A DNA stretch of 63,982 nt, the filler included, from Raillietiella orientalis (Eukaryota), in assembly GCA_036172245.1 (NCBI GenBank). It is 5 parts of 5 records of this genome, joined end to end, with 100 filler letters (N's around TTAATTAATTAA, not from the genome) between each part and the next. Parts side by side here need not be neighbours in the genome. Positions count along the whole stretch, not along the records: positions 1 to 13,663 come from JAYWIR010000257.1; positions 13,764 to 26,500 come from JAYWIR010000259.1; 3 more parts are not named here. One strand, 5' to 3'. Shown here in pieces: positions 1 through 14,189 of this stretch. Numbering within the stretch: the first letter of the stretch is position 1; every line of letters begins with the position of its first letter. The position numbers and the translations under genes are program-made. The notes beneath the pieces are model-generated. The model made no database searches. It was not told the origin of the DNA and saw nothing but the letters and a program-made list of their open reading frames with translations.

Positions 1-3000
1 ATTTGACTGGCTTCAGAAGAACATTGAGATGAGCGCGTCCTTTCCTTAGGGTGGGGCACTTTGGTCTCTGTTTCGTTTTCATGGGTACCAGTGTCGGAAT
101 TAGAAAGGGAATGTTTTTCTTAAATTTGATTCATTATGTGGACCGAATTTGGACGTTTAAAGGTTTGTAATCAATTTCGAAATCAGCAGATGACACCTTT
201 GCACTTTTGCGCCTCTACGGCGTCCATTTGCAGCGGGCGGGAAATTCGTGGCATGGATGGCTGCTGCTTGACATTTGACTGGCTTCAGAAGAACATTGAG
301 ATGAGCCCGTCGCTTTCCTTCTTGGAATATGTTTCGTTTTCATTGGGAGAGTTTTGGATTTTGGAAAGGGAAGGTTTTTCTTCACTTTGATTCATTATGT
401 GGACCGAATTTGGACGTTTAAGGGTTTTTATCAATTCGATATCAGCAGATGACACCTTTGCACTTTTGCGCCTCCTGAAGCGTCCATTTGCAGTGAGTTG
501 AAAATTACCGTCATGGATAGCTGCACATACGTGCATTTGACTGGGTTCAGAAGAACATTGAGATGAGTGCGTCCTTTCCTTAGGGTGGGGCACTTTGGAC
601 TCTGTTTCGTTTTCATGGTTACCAGTGTCGGAATTAGAAAGGGAAGGTTTTTCTTCACTTTGATTCATAATGTGGACCGAAGTTGGACGTTTAAGGGTTT
701 GTAATCAACTCGAAATCAGTAGATGACTCCTTTGAACTTTTGCTCCTCTCCCCGAAGCGTCCATTTGCAGCGAGCGGCAAATTCGTGGCATGGATAGCCG
801 CACAAACTTCCATTTGACTGGATTCAGAAAAACATTGAGATGAGTGCGTCCTTTGCTTAGGGTGGGGCACTTTGGTCTCTGTTTCGTTTTCATGGCTACC
901 AGTGTCGGAATTAGAAAGGGAATGTTTTCCGTAAATTTGATTCATTATGTGGACCGAATTTGGACTTTTGAAGGTTTGTAATCAATTCGAAATCAGCAGG
1001 TGACACCTTTGCACTTTTGCGCCTCTCCCCGAAGCGTGCATTTGCAGCGAACGGGAAATTCGTGGCATGGATAGCTACACATACGTACATTTGACTGGGT
1101 TCAGAAGAACATTGAGATGAGTGCGTCCTTTGCTTAGGGTGGGGCACTTTGGTCTCTGTTTCGTTTTCATGGCTACCAGTGTCGGAATTAGAAAGGGAAT
1201 GTTTTCCGTAAATTTGATTCATTATGTGGACCGAATTTGGACGTTTGAAGGTTTGTAATCAATTCGAAATCAGCAGATGACACCTTTGCACTTTTGCGCC
1301 TCTCCCCGAAGCGTACATTTGCAACGAGCGGGAAATTCGTGGCATGGATAGCTGCACATACGTCCATTTGACTGGGTTCAGAAGAACATTGAGATGAGTG
1401 CGTCCTTTCCTTAGGGTGGGTAACTTTGGTCTCTGTTTCGTTTTCATGGTTACCAGTGTCGGAATTAGAAAGAGAAGGTTTTTCTTCACTTTGATTCATA
1501 ATGTGGACCGAAGTTGGACGTTTAAGGGTTTGTAATCAACTCGAAATCAGTAGATGACACCTTTGAACTTTTGCTCCTCTCCCCGAAGCGTCCATGTGCA
1601 GCGAGTGGCAAACTCGTGGCATGGATAGCTGCACATACGTACATTTGACTGGCTTCAGAAGAACATTGAGATGAGCGCGTCCTTTCCTTAGGGTGGGGCA
1701 CTTTGGTCTCTGTTTCGTTTTCATGGCTACTAGTGTCGGAATTAGAAAGGGAATGTTTTCCGTAAATTTGATTCATTATGTGGACCGGATTTGGACGTTT
1801 GAAGGTTTGTAATCAATTCGAAATCAGCAGATGACACCTTTGCACTTTTGCGCCTCTCCCCGAAGCGTCCATTTGCAGCGAGCGGGAAATTCGTGGCATG
1901 GATAGCTGCACATACGTACATTTGACTGGCTTCAGAAGAACATTGAGATGAGTGCGTCCTTTCCTTAGGGTGGGTAACTTTGGTCTCTGTTTCGTTTTCA
2001 TGGGTACCAGTCTCGGAATTAGAAAGGGAATGTTTTCCGTAAATTTGATTCATTATGTGGACCAAATTTGGACTTTTGAAGGTTTGTAATCAATTCGAAA
2101 TCAGCAGATGACACCTTTGCACTTTTGCGCCTCCCCCTGAAGCGTCCATTTGCAGTGAGTTGAAAATTACCGTCATGGATACCCGCACAAACGTGCATTT
2201 GACTGGATTCAGAAGAACATTGAGATGAGTGCGTCCTTTCCTTAGGGTGGGGCACTTTGGACTCTGTTTCGTTTTCATGGTTACCAGTGTCGGAATTAGA
2301 AAGGGAAGGTTTTTCTTCACTTTGATTCATTATATGGACCGAATTGGGACGTTTAAGGGTTTGTAATGAATTCGAAATCAGCAGATTACACCATTGCACT
2401 TTTGCGCCTCTCCCCGAAGCGTCCATTTGCAGTGAGTTGCTAATTAGCGTCATGGATACCCGCACAAACGTCCATTTGACTGGATTCAGAAGAACATTGA
2501 GATGAGTGCGTCCTTTCCTTAGGGTGGGGCACTTTGGTCTCTGTTTCGTTTTCATGGCTACCAGTGTCGGAATTAGAAAGGGAATGTTTTCCGTAAATTT
2601 GATTCATTATGTGGACCGAATTTGGACGTTTGAAGGTTTGTAATCAAGTCGAAATCAGCAGATGACACCTTTGCACTTTTGCGCCTCTCCCCGAAGCGTA
2701 CATTTGCAGCGAGCGGGAAATTCGTGGCATGGATAGCTGCACATACGTCCATTTGACTGGATTCAGAAAACCTTGAGATGAGTGCGTCCTTTCCTTAGGG
2801 TGGGGCACTTTGGACTGTGTTTCGTTTTCATGGTCACCAGTGTCGGAATCAGAAAGGGAAGGTTTTCCTTCACTTTGATTCATTATATGGACCGAATTTG
2901 GACGTTTAAGGGTTTGTAATCTATTCGAAATCAGCACATGACACATTTGCACTTTTGCGCCTCTCCCCGAAGCGTCCATTTGCAGGGAACGGCAAATTCG

Positions 3001-6000
3001 TGGCATGGATAGCTGCACATACGTCCATTTGACTGGATTCAGAAGAACATTGAGATGAGTGCGTCCTTTCCTTAGGGTGGGGCACTTTGGACTGTGTTTC
3101 GTTTTCATGGTCACCAGTGTCGGAATCAGAAAGGGAAGGTTTTCCTTCACTTTGATTCATTATATGGACCGAATTTGGACGTTTAAGGGTTTGTAATCTA
3201 TTCGAAATCAGCACATGACACATTTGCACTTTTGCGCCTCTCCCCGAAGCGTCCATTTGCAGTGAGTTGCAAATTAGCGTCATGGATACCCGCACAAACG
3301 TCCATTTGACTGGATTCAGAAGAACATTGAGATGAGTGCGTCCTTTCCTTAGGGTGGGGCACTTTGGTCTCTGTTTCGTTTTCATGGCTACCAGTGTCGG
3401 AATTAGAAAGGGAATGTTTTCCGTAAATTTGATTCATTATGTGGACCGAATTTGGACGTTTGAAGGTTTGTAATCAATTCGAAATCAGCAGATGACACCT
3501 TTGCACTTTTGCGCCTCTCCCCGAAGCGTCCATTTGCAGTGAGTTGCAAATTAGCGTCATGGATACCCGCACAAACGTCCATTTGACTGGATTCAGAAGA
3601 ACATTGAGATGAGTGCGTCCTTTCCTTAGGGTGGGGCACTTTGGTCTCTGTTTCGTTTTCATGGCTACCAGTGTCGGAATTAGAAAGGGAATGTTTTCCG
3701 TAAATTTCATTCATTATGTGGACCGAATTTGGACGTTTGAAGGTTTGTAATCAATTCGAAATCAGCAGATGACACCTTTGCACTTTTGCGCCTCTCCCCG
3801 AAGCGTACATTTGCAGCGAGCGGGAAATTCGTGGCATGGATAGCTGCACATACGTACATTTGACTGGGTTCAGAAGAACATTGAGATGAGTGCGTCCTTT
3901 GCTTAGGGTGGGGCACTTTGGTCTCTGTTTTGTTCGTTTTCATGGTTACCAGTGTCTGGAATTAGAAATGGAATGTTTTCATACTTGTTCTTATGTGGAC
4001 CGAATTTGGAAGTTTAAGGGTTTGTAATCTATTCGAAATAAGCAGTTGACACCTTTGCACTTTTGCGCCTCTCCCCGAAGCGTCCATTTGCAGGGAGCGG
4101 CAAATTCGTGTCATGGATAGCTGCACATACGTACATTTGACTGGGTTCAGAAGAACATTGAGATGAGTGCGTCCCCAGGTGGGGTCAGTTTTGAGTTGTT
4201 TCGTTTTCATTGTCACCAGTGTAGGAATCAGAAAGGGATTTAGGGGTTTTCCTTCTTTGTTTCATTATGGACCGAATTTGGACGTGTAAGGGTTTGTAAT
4301 CTATTCGAAATCAGCACATGACACATTTGTACTTTTGCGCCTCTCCCAGAAGCGTCCATTTGCAGGGAACGGCAAATTCGTGGCATGGATAGCTGCACAT
4401 ACGTCCATTTGACTGGATTCAGAAAACCTTGAGATGAGTGCGTCCTTTCCTTCGGGTGGGGCACTTTGGTCTCTGTTTCGTTTTCATGGTCACCAGTGTC
4501 GGAATTAGAAAGGGAAGGTTTTCCTTCACTTTGATTCATTATATGGACCGAATTGGGACGTTTAAGGGTTTGTAATGAATTCGAAATCAGCAGATGACAC
4601 CCTTGCACCTTTGCGCCTCTCCCCGAAGCGTCCATTTGCAGTGAGTTGCAAATTAGCGTCATGGATACCCGCACAAACGTCCATTTGACTGGATTCAGAA
4701 GAACATTGAGATGAGTGCGTCCTTTCCTTAGGGTGGGGCACTTTGGTCTCTGTTTCGTTTTCATGGCTACCAGTGTCGGAATTAGAAAGGGAATGTTTTC
4801 CGTAAATTTCATTCATTATGTGGACCGAATTTGGACGTTTGAAGGTTTGTAATCAATTCGAAATCAGCAGATGACACCTTTGCACTTTTGCGCCTCTCCC
4901 CGAAGCGTGCATTTGCAGCGAACGGGAAATTCGTGGCATGGATAGCTGCACATACGTACATTTGACTGGGTTCAGAAGAACATTGAGATGAGTGCGTCCT
5001 TTGCTTAGGGTGGGGCACTTTGGTCTCTGTTTCGTTTTCATGGCTACCAGTGTCGGAATTAGAAAGGGAATGTTTTCCGTAAATTTGATTCATTATGTGG
5101 ACCAAATTTGGACTTTTGAAGGTTTGTAATCAATTCGAAATCAGCAGATGACACCTTTGCACTTTTCCGGCGTGCATTTGCAGCGAACGGGAAATTCGTG
5201 GCATGGATAGCTACACATACGTACATTTGACTGGGTTCAGAAGAACATTGAGATGAGTGCGTCCTTTGCTTAGGGTGGGGCACTTTGGTCTCTGTTTCGT
5301 TTTCATGGCTACCAGTGTCGGAATTAGAAAGGGAATGTTTTCCGTAAATTTGATTCATTATGTGGACCGAATTTGGACGTTTGAAGGTTTGTAATCAATT
5401 CGAAATCAGCAGATGACACCTTTGCACTTTTGCGCCTCTCCCCGAAGCGTACATTTGCAGCGAGCGGGAAATTCGTGGCATGGATAGCTGCACATACGTC
5501 CATTTGACTGGGTTCAGAAGAACATTGAGATGAGTGCGTCCTTTCCTTAGGGTGGGGCACTTTGGACTCTGTTTCGCTTTCATGGTCACCAGTGTAGGAA
5601 TCAGAAAGGGAAGGTTTTCCTTCACTTTGATTCATTATATGGACCGAATTTGGACGTTTAAAGGTTTGTAATCAATTCGAAATCAGCACATGACACCTTT
5701 GCACTTTTGCGCCTCTCCCCGAAGCGTGCATTTGCAGCGAACGGGAAATTCGTGGCATGGATAGCTACACATACGTACATTTGACTGGGTTCAGAAGAAC
5801 ATTGAGATGAGTGCGTCCTTTGCTTAGGGTGGGGCACTTTGGTCTCTGTTTCGTTTTCATGGCTACCAGTGTCGGAATTAGAAAGGGAATGTTTTCCGTA
5901 AATTTGATTCATTATGTGGACCGAATTTGGACGTTTGAAGGTTTGTAATCAATTCGAAATCAGCAGATGACACCTTTGCACTTTTGCGCCTCCCCCTGAA

Positions 6001-9000
6001 GCGTCCATTTGCAGTGAGTTGAAAATTACCGTCATGGATACCCGCACAAACGTGCATTTGACTGGATTCAGAAGAACATTGAGATGAGTGCGTCCTTTCC
6101 TTAGGGTGGGGCACTTTGGACTCTGTTTCGTTTTCATGGTTACCAGTGTCGGAATTAGAAAGGGAAGGTTTTTCTTCACTTTGATTCATAATGTGGACCG
6201 AAGTTGGACGTTTAAGGGTTTGTAATCTACTCGAAATCAGTAGATGACTCCTTTGAACTTTTGCTCCTCTCCCCGAAGCGTCTATTTGCAGCGAGCGGCA
6301 AATTCGTGGCATGGATAGCCGCACAAACGTCCATTTGACTGGGTTCAGAAGAACATTGAGATGAGTGCGTCCTTTCCTTAGGGTGGGGCACTTTGGACTC
6401 TGTTTCGTTTTCATGGTTACCAGTGTCAGAATTAGAAAGGGAATTTTTTCCGTCAATTTGATTCATTATGTTTACCGAATTTGGAGGTTGAAGGGTTTGT
6501 AATTAATTCGAAATCAGCAGATGACACCTTTGCACTTTTGTGCCTCTCACCGAAGCGTCCATTTGCAGTGAGTTGAAAATTACCGTCATAGATACCCGCA
6601 CAAACGTCCATTTGAGTGGATTCAGAAAACCTTGAGATGAGTGCGTCCTTTCCTTAGGGTGGGGCACTTTGGTCTCTGTTACGTTTTCATGGCTACCAGT
6701 GTCGGAATTAGAAAGGGTATTTTTTTTCGTAAATTTGATTCATTATGTGGACCGAATTTGGACGTTTAAAGGTTTGGAATCAATTCGAAATCCGCAGATG
6801 AGACCTTTGCACTTTTGCGCCTCCCCCTGAAGCGTCCATTTGCAGTGAGTTAAAATTACCGTCATGGATACCCGCACAAACGTGCATTTGACTGGATTCA
6901 GAAGAACATTGAGATGAGTGCGTCCTTTCCTTAGGGTGGGGCACTTTGGACTCTGTTTCGTTTTCATGGTTACCAGTGTCGGAATTAGAAAGAGAAGGTT
7001 TTTCTTCACTTTGATTCATAATGTGGACCGAAGTTGGACGTTTAAGGGTTTGTAATCTACTCGAAATCAGTAGATGACTCCTTTGAACTTTTGCTCCTCT
7101 CCCCGAAGCGTCCATTTGCAGCGAGCGGGAAATTCGTGGCATGGATAGCTACACATACGTACATTTGACTGGATTCAGAAGAACATTGAGATGAGTGCGT
7201 CCTTTCCTTCGGGTGGGGCACTTTGGTGTCTGTTTCGTTTTCATGGCTACCAGTGTCGGAATTAGAAAGGGAATGTTTTCCGGAAATTTGATTCATTATG
7301 TGGACCAAATTTGGACTTTTGAAGGTTTGTAATCAATTCGAAATCAGCAGATGACACCTTTGCACTTTTGCGCCTCTCCCCGAAGCGTGCATTTGCAGCG
7401 AACGGGAAATTCGTGGCATGGATAGCTACACATACGTACATTTGACTGGGTTCAGAAGAACATTGAGATGAGTGCGTCCTTTGCTTAGGGTGGGGCACTT
7501 TGGTCTCTGTTTCGTTTTCATGGCTACCAAAGTCGGAATTTGAAAGGGAATGTTTTCCGTAAATTTCATTCATTATGTGGACCGAATTTGGACGTTTGAA
7601 GGTTTGTAATCAAGTCGAAATCAGCAGATGACACCTTTGCACTTTTGCGCCTCTCCTTGAAGCGTGCATTTGCAGGGAACGGCAAATTTGTGGCATGGAT
7701 AGCTGCACATACGTCCATTTGACTGGATTCAGAAAACCTTGAGATGAGTGCGTCCTTTCCTTCGGGTGGGGCACCTTGGTCTCTGTTTCGTTTTCATGGT
7801 CACCAGTGTCGGAATTAGAAAGGGAAGGGTTTCCTTCACTTTGATTCATTATATGGACCGAATTGGGACGTTTATGGGTTTGTAATCTATTCGAAATCTG
7901 CAGATGACACCCTTGCACCTTTGCGCCTCTCCCCGAAGCGTCCATTTGCAGTGAGTTGCTAATTAGCGTCATGGATACCCGCACAAACGTCCATTTGACT
8001 GGATTCAGAAGAACATTGAGATGAGTGCGTCCTTTCCTTAGGGTGGGGCACTTTGGTCTCTGTTTCGTTTTCATGGCTACCAGTGTCGGAATTAGAAAGG
8101 GAATGTTTTCCGTAAATTTGATTCATTATGTGGACCGAATTTGGACGTTTGAAGGTTTGTAATAAATTCGAAATCAGCAGATGACACCTTTGCACTTTTG
8201 CGCCTCTCCCCGAAGCGTACATTTGCAGCGAGCGGGAAATTGGTGGCATGGATAGCTGCACAAACGTCCATTTGACTGGATTCAGAAAACCTTGAGATGA
8301 GTGCGTCCTTTCCTTAGGGTGGGGCACTTTGGACTGTGTTTCGTTTTCATGGTCACCAGTGTCGGAATTAGAAAGGGAAGGGTTTCCTTCACTTTGATTC
8401 ATTATATGGACCGAATTGGGACGTTTATGGGTTTGTAATCTATTCGAAATCAGCACATGACACATTTGCACTTTTGCGCCTCTCCCCGAAGCGTCCATTT
8501 GCAGGGAACGGCAAATTCGTGGCATGGATAGCTGCACATACGTCCATTTGACTGGATTCAGAAAACCTTGAGATGAGTGCGTCCTTTCCTTAGGGTGGGG
8601 CACTTTGGTCTCTGTTTCGTTTTCATGGTCACCAGTGTCGGAATTAGAAAGGGAAGGTTTTCCTTCACTTTGATTCATTATATAGACCGAATTGGGACGT
8701 TTAAGGGTTTGTAATGAATTCGAAATCAGCAGATGACACCCTTGCACCTTTCCGCCTCTCCCCGAAGCGTCCATTTGCAGTGAGTTGCAAATTAGCGTCA
8801 TGGATACCCGCACAAACGTCCATTTGACTGGATTCAGAAGAACATTGAGATGAGTGCGTCCTTTCCTTAGGGTGGGGCACTTTGGTCTCTGTTTCGTTTT
8901 CATGGTTACCAGTGTCGGAATTAGAAAGAGAAGGTTTTTCTTCACTTTGATTCATAATGTGGACCGAAGTTGGACGTTTAAGGGTTTGTAATCAACTCGA

Positions 9001-12000
9001 AATCAGTAGATGACACCTTTGAACTTTTGCTCCTCTCCCCGAAGCGTCCATGTGCAGCGAGTGGCAAACTCGTGGCATGGATAGCTGCACATACGTACAT
9101 TTGACTGGCTTCAGAAGAACATTGAGATGAGCGCGTCCTTTCCTTAGGGTGGGGCACTTTGGTCTCTGTTTCGTTTTCATGGGTACCAGTGTCGGAATTA
9201 GAAAGGGAAGGTTTTTCTTCACTTTGATTCATTATGTGGACCGAATTTGGACGTTTAAGGGTTTTTATCAATTCGATATCAGCAGATGACACCTTTGCAC
9301 TTTTGCGCCTCCCCCTGAAGCGTCCATTTGCAGTGAGTTGAAAATTACCGTCATGGATACCCGCACAAACGTGCATTTGACTGGATTCAGAAGAACATTG
9401 AGATGAGTGCGTCCTTTCCTTAGGGTGGGGCACTTTGGACTCTGTTTCGTTTTCATGGTCACCTGTGTCGCAATTAGAAAGGGAAGGTATTCTTTCAATT
9501 TGATTCATTATATGGACCGAATTTGGACATTTAAGGGTTTGTAATGAATTCGAAATCAGCAGATGACACCCTTGCACCTTTGCGCCTCTCCCCGAAGCGT
9601 CCATTTGCAGTGAGTTGCAAATTAGCGTCATGGATACCCGCACAAACGTCCATTTGACTGGATTCAGAAGAACATTGAGATGAGTGCGTCCTTTCCTTAG
9701 GGTGGGGCACTTTGGTCTCTGTTTCGTTTTCATGGCTACCAGTGTCGGAATTAGAAAGGGAATGTTTTCCGTAGATTTGATTCATTATGTGGACCGAATT
9801 TGGACGTTTAAAGGTTTGTAATCAATTCGAAATCAGCAGATGACACCTTTGCACTTTTGCGCCTCTCCCCGAAGCGTACATTTGCAGCGAGCGGGAAATT
9901 CGTGGCATGGATAGCTGCACATACGTCCATTTGACTGGGTTCAGAAGAACATTGAGATGAGTGCGTCCTTTCCTTAGGGTGGGGCACTTTGGACTCTGTT
10001 TCGTTTTCATGGTCACCAGTGTCGGAATCAGAAAGGGAAGGTTTTCCTTCACTTTGATTCATTATATGGACCGAATTTGGACGTTTAAGGGTTTGTAATC
10101 TATTCGAAATCAGCAGATGACACCTTTGCACTTTTGCGCCTCTCCCCGAAGCGTCCATTTGCAGGGAACGGCAAATTCGTGGCATGGATAGCTGCACATA
10201 CGTCCATTTGACTGGATTCAGAAAACCTTGAGATGAGTGCGTCCTTTCCTTCGGGTGGGGCACTTTGGTCTCTGTTTCGTTTTCATGGTCACCAGTGTCG
10301 GAATTAGAAAGGGAAGGTTTTCCTTCACTTTGATTCATTATATGGACCGAATTGGGACGTTTAAGGGTTTGTAATGAATTCGAAATCAGCAGATGACACC
10401 CTTGCACCTTTGCGCCTCTCCTTGAAGCGTCCATTTGCAGTGAGTTGCAAATTAGCGTCATGGATACCCGCACAAACGTCCATTTGACTGGATTCAGAAG
10501 AACATTGAGATGAGTGCGTCCTTTCCTTAGGGTGGGGCACTTTGGTCTCTGTTTCGTTTTCATGGCTACCAGTGTCGGAATTAGAAAGGGAATGTTTTCC
10601 GTAAATTTCATTCATTATGTGGACCGAATTTGGACGTTTGAAGGTTTGTAATCAATTCGAAATCAGCAGATGACACCTTTGCACTTTTGCGCCTCTCCCC
10701 GAAGCGTACATTTGCAGCGAGCGGGAAATTCGTGGCATGGATAGCTGCACATACGTCCATTTGACTGGGTTCAGAAAACATTGAGATGAGTGCGTCCTTT
10801 CCTTAGGGTGGGGCACTTTGGACTCTGTTTCGTTTTCATGGTCACCAGTGTCGGAATCAGAAAGGGAAGGTTTTCCTTCACTTTGATTCATTATATGGAC
10901 CGAATTTGGACGTTTAAGGGTTTGTAATCTGTTCGAAATCAGCAGATGACACATTTGCACTTTTGCGCCTCTCCCCGAAGCGTCCATTTGCAGGGAACGG
11001 CAAATTCGTGGCATGGATAGCTGCACATACGTCCATTTGACTGGGTTCAGAAGAACATTGAGATGAGTGCGTCCTTTCCTTAGGGTGGGGCACTTTGACT
11101 CTGTTTCTTTTTCATGGTTACCAGTGTCGTAATTAGAAATGGAATGTTTTGCTTCTCTTTGATTCATTATGTGGACCGAATTTGGACGTTTAAGGGTTTG
11201 TAATCTATTCGAAATCAGCAGATGACACATTTGCACTTTTGCGCCTCTCTCCGAAGCGTCCATTTGCAGGGAGCGGCAAATTCGTGTCATGGATAGCTGC
11301 ACATACGTACATTTGACTGGGTTCAGAAGAACATTGAGATGAGTGCGTCCTTTCCTTAGGGTGGGGCACTTTAACTCTGTTTCGTTTTGATGGTTACCAG
11401 TGTAGGAATTAGAAATGGAATGTTTTCCTACTCTGTGATTCATTATGTGGACCGAATTTGGACGTTTGAAGGTTTGTAATCAATTCGAAATCAGCAGATG
11501 ACACCTTTGCACTTTTGCGCCTCTCCCCGAAGCGTCCATTTGCAGCGAGCGGCAAATTCGTGGCATGGATAGCTGCACATACGTACATTTGACTGGCTTC
11601 AGAAGAACATTGAGATGAGCGCGTCCTTTCCTTAGGGTGGGGCACTTTGGTCTCTGTTTCGTTTTCATGGGTACCAGTGTCGGAATTAGAAAGGGAAGGT
11701 TTTTCTTCACTTTGATTCATTATGTGGACCGAATTTGGACGTTTAAGGGTTTTTATCAATTCGATATCAGCAGATGACACCTTTGCACTTTTGCGCCTCC
11801 CCCTGAAGCGTCCATTTGCAGTGAGTTGAAAATTACCGTCATGGATACCCGCACAAACGTGCATTTGACTGGATTCAGAAGAACATTGAGATGAGTGCGT
11901 CCTTTCCTTAGGGTGGGGCACTTTGGACTCTGTTTCGTTTTCATGGTTACCAGTGTGGGAATTAGAAAGGGAATGCTTTCCGTCAATTTGATTCATTATG

Positions 12001-13663
12001 TGGACCGAATTTGGACGTTTAAGGGTTTGTAATCAATTCGAAATCAGCAGATGACCCCTTGGCACTTTTGAGCCTCTAACCGAAGCGTCCATTTGCAGTG
12101 AGTTGCAAATTAGCGTCATGGATAGCCGCACATACGTCCAGTTGACTGCGTTCAGAAGAACACTGAGATGAGTGCGTGCTTTCCTTAGGGTGGGGCAGTT
12201 TGGACTCTGTTTCGTTTTCATGGTCACCTGTGTCGCAATTAGAAAGGGAAGGTATTCTTTCAATTTGATTCATTATATGGACCGAATTTGGACTTTTAAG
12301 GGTTTGTAATGAATTCGAAATCAGCAGATGACACCCTTGCACCTTTGCGCCTCTCCCCGAAGCGTCCATTTGCAGTGAGTTGCAAATTAGCGTCATGGAT
12401 ACCCGCACAAACGTCCATTTGACTGGATTCAGAAGAACATTGAGATGAGTGCGTCCTTTCCTTAGGGTGGGGCACTTTGGTCTCTGTTTCGTTTTCATGG
12501 CTACCAGTGTCGGAATTAGAAAGGGAATGTTTTCCGTAAATTTGATTCATTATGTGGACCGAATTTGGACGTTTAAAGGTTTGTAATCAATTCGAAATCA
12601 GCAGATGACACCTTTGCACTTTTGCGCCTCTCTCCGAAGCGTCCATGTGCAGCGAGCGGCAAACTCGTGGCATGGATAGCTGCACATACGTCCATTTGAC
12701 TGGGTTCAGAAGAACATTGAGATGAGTGCGTCCTTTCCTTAGGGTGGGGCACTTTGGTCTCTGTTTCGTTTTCATGGTCACCAGTGTCGGAATTAGAAAG
12801 GGAAGGTTTTCCTTCACTTTGATTCATTATATGGACCGAATTGGGACGTTTAAGGGTTTGTAATGAATTCGAAATCAGCAGATGACACCCTTGCACCTTT
12901 GCGCCTCTCCCCGAAGCGTCCATTTGCAGTGAGTTGCAAATTAGCGTCATGGATACCCGCACAAACGTCCATTTGACTGGATTCAGAAGAACATTGAGAT
13001 GAGTGCGTCCTTTCCTTAGGGTGGGGCACTTTGGTCTCTGTTTCGTTTTCATGGCTACCAGTGTGGGAATTAGAAAGGGAATGTTTTCCGTAAATTTGAT
13101 TCATTATGTGGACCGAATTTGGACGTTTGAAGGTTTGTAATCAATTCGAAATCAGCAGATGACACCTTTGCACTTTTGCGCCTCTCCCCGAAGCGTCCAT
13201 TTGCAGTGAGTTGCAAATTGGTGTCATGGATAGCCGCACATACGTCCATTTGACTGGGTTCAGAAGAACATTGAGATGAGTGCGTCCTTTCCTTAGGGTG
13301 GGGCAGTTTGGTCTCTGTTTCGTTTTCATGGTCACCAGTGTCGCAATTAGAAAGGGAAGGTATTCTTTCAATTTGATTCATTATATGGACCGAATTTGGA
13401 CATTTAAGGGTTTGTAATGAATTCGAAATCAGCAGATGACACCTTTGCACTTTTGCGCCTCTCCCCGAAGCGTCCATTTGCAGTGAGTTGCAAATTAGCG
13501 TCATGGATACCCGCACAAACTTCCATTTGACTGGATTCAGAAGAACATTGAGATGAGTGCGTCCTTTGCTTAGGGTGGGGCACTTTGGACTCTGTTTCGT
13601 TTTCATGGTTACCAGTGTTAGAATTAGAAAGGGAATTTTTTCCGTCAAATTGATTCATTGCCG
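1..13663. repeat. SatA tandem satellite array, ~277-bp monomer, ~49 copies (reverse orientation relative to contig 3)
   Basis: Motifs GGTTTGTAATCAATTCGAAATCAGCAGATGACACC, TTAGGGTGGGGCACTTTGG and TCGGAATTAGAAAGGGAA recur every 276-277 bp. ORF-track starts repeat at 945, 1222, 1499, 1776 etc. Confidence 0.98.
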
Positions 13664-13763
13664 NNNNNNNNNNNNNNNNNNNNNNNNNNNNNNNNNNNNN
13701 NNNNNNNTTAATTAATTAANNNNNNNNNNNNNNNNNNNNNNNNNNNNNNNNNNNNNNNNNNNN
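13664..13763. other. Artificial contig spacer (44N-TTAATTAATTAA-44N)
   Basis: Exactly 100 bp, stops in all six frames, identical to the three other gaps. Confidence 0.98.
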
Positions 13764-13873
13764 GCGGGAAGCCGGTCTTTGAGCAGCTGCAAGCCAAGTG
13801 GAGACTTTTTTCCGGGGTCAGGGGCACGTGCCGCAGGGTCTGTCGCCTCGGCGTTTGGGCAGGGCTCGGAGCG

Positions 13874-14080
13874 TTCTTACCCAAAGACGCCGGGGCATTT
13901 ATTTTAAAAATCAACCACAAGTCAGAGGGGAGATTGTCATTCCCTGAATATAAAAGATGCGAAAAAAAAAAAAAGTCCATTGGGGATGACCATCGGCACG
14001 CAAGCCGGCTTCTATGGAAATTCGGAAAGGATGAAGACACAATAAATAAATAAAAAAGGGGACTGGGGTAAAAATACAAA
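13874..14080 (-). mobile_element. 3' UTR/terminus remnant of Tx1-like retrotransposon
   Basis: Reverse strand reads C-run/T-rich tract, GCCGGCTTGCGTGCCGAT hairpin (13992-14009), then AATAAATGCCCCGGCGTCTTTGGGTAAGAA (13874-13903), matching the other element ends. Confidence 0.7.
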
Positions 14081-14189
14081 AGGGTAGGGACAGGAGTCTA
14101 TGGTTTCAATCGTTCCTTTCTGTCTAAAAGCGGCAGTATATGATGCCGATCTCACTGATGAATTCTTTTCGCGTATGGGTTCACCTTGC

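Noticed and set aside
47..58. TTAGGG in each monomer as telomeric repeat
   Set aside because: It is a single hexamer per 277 bp and never tandem; noted only as part of a conserved block.
13708..13719. TTAATTAATTAA palindrome as a regulatory or piggyBac site
   Set aside because: It is a six-frame stop linker embedded in Ns.
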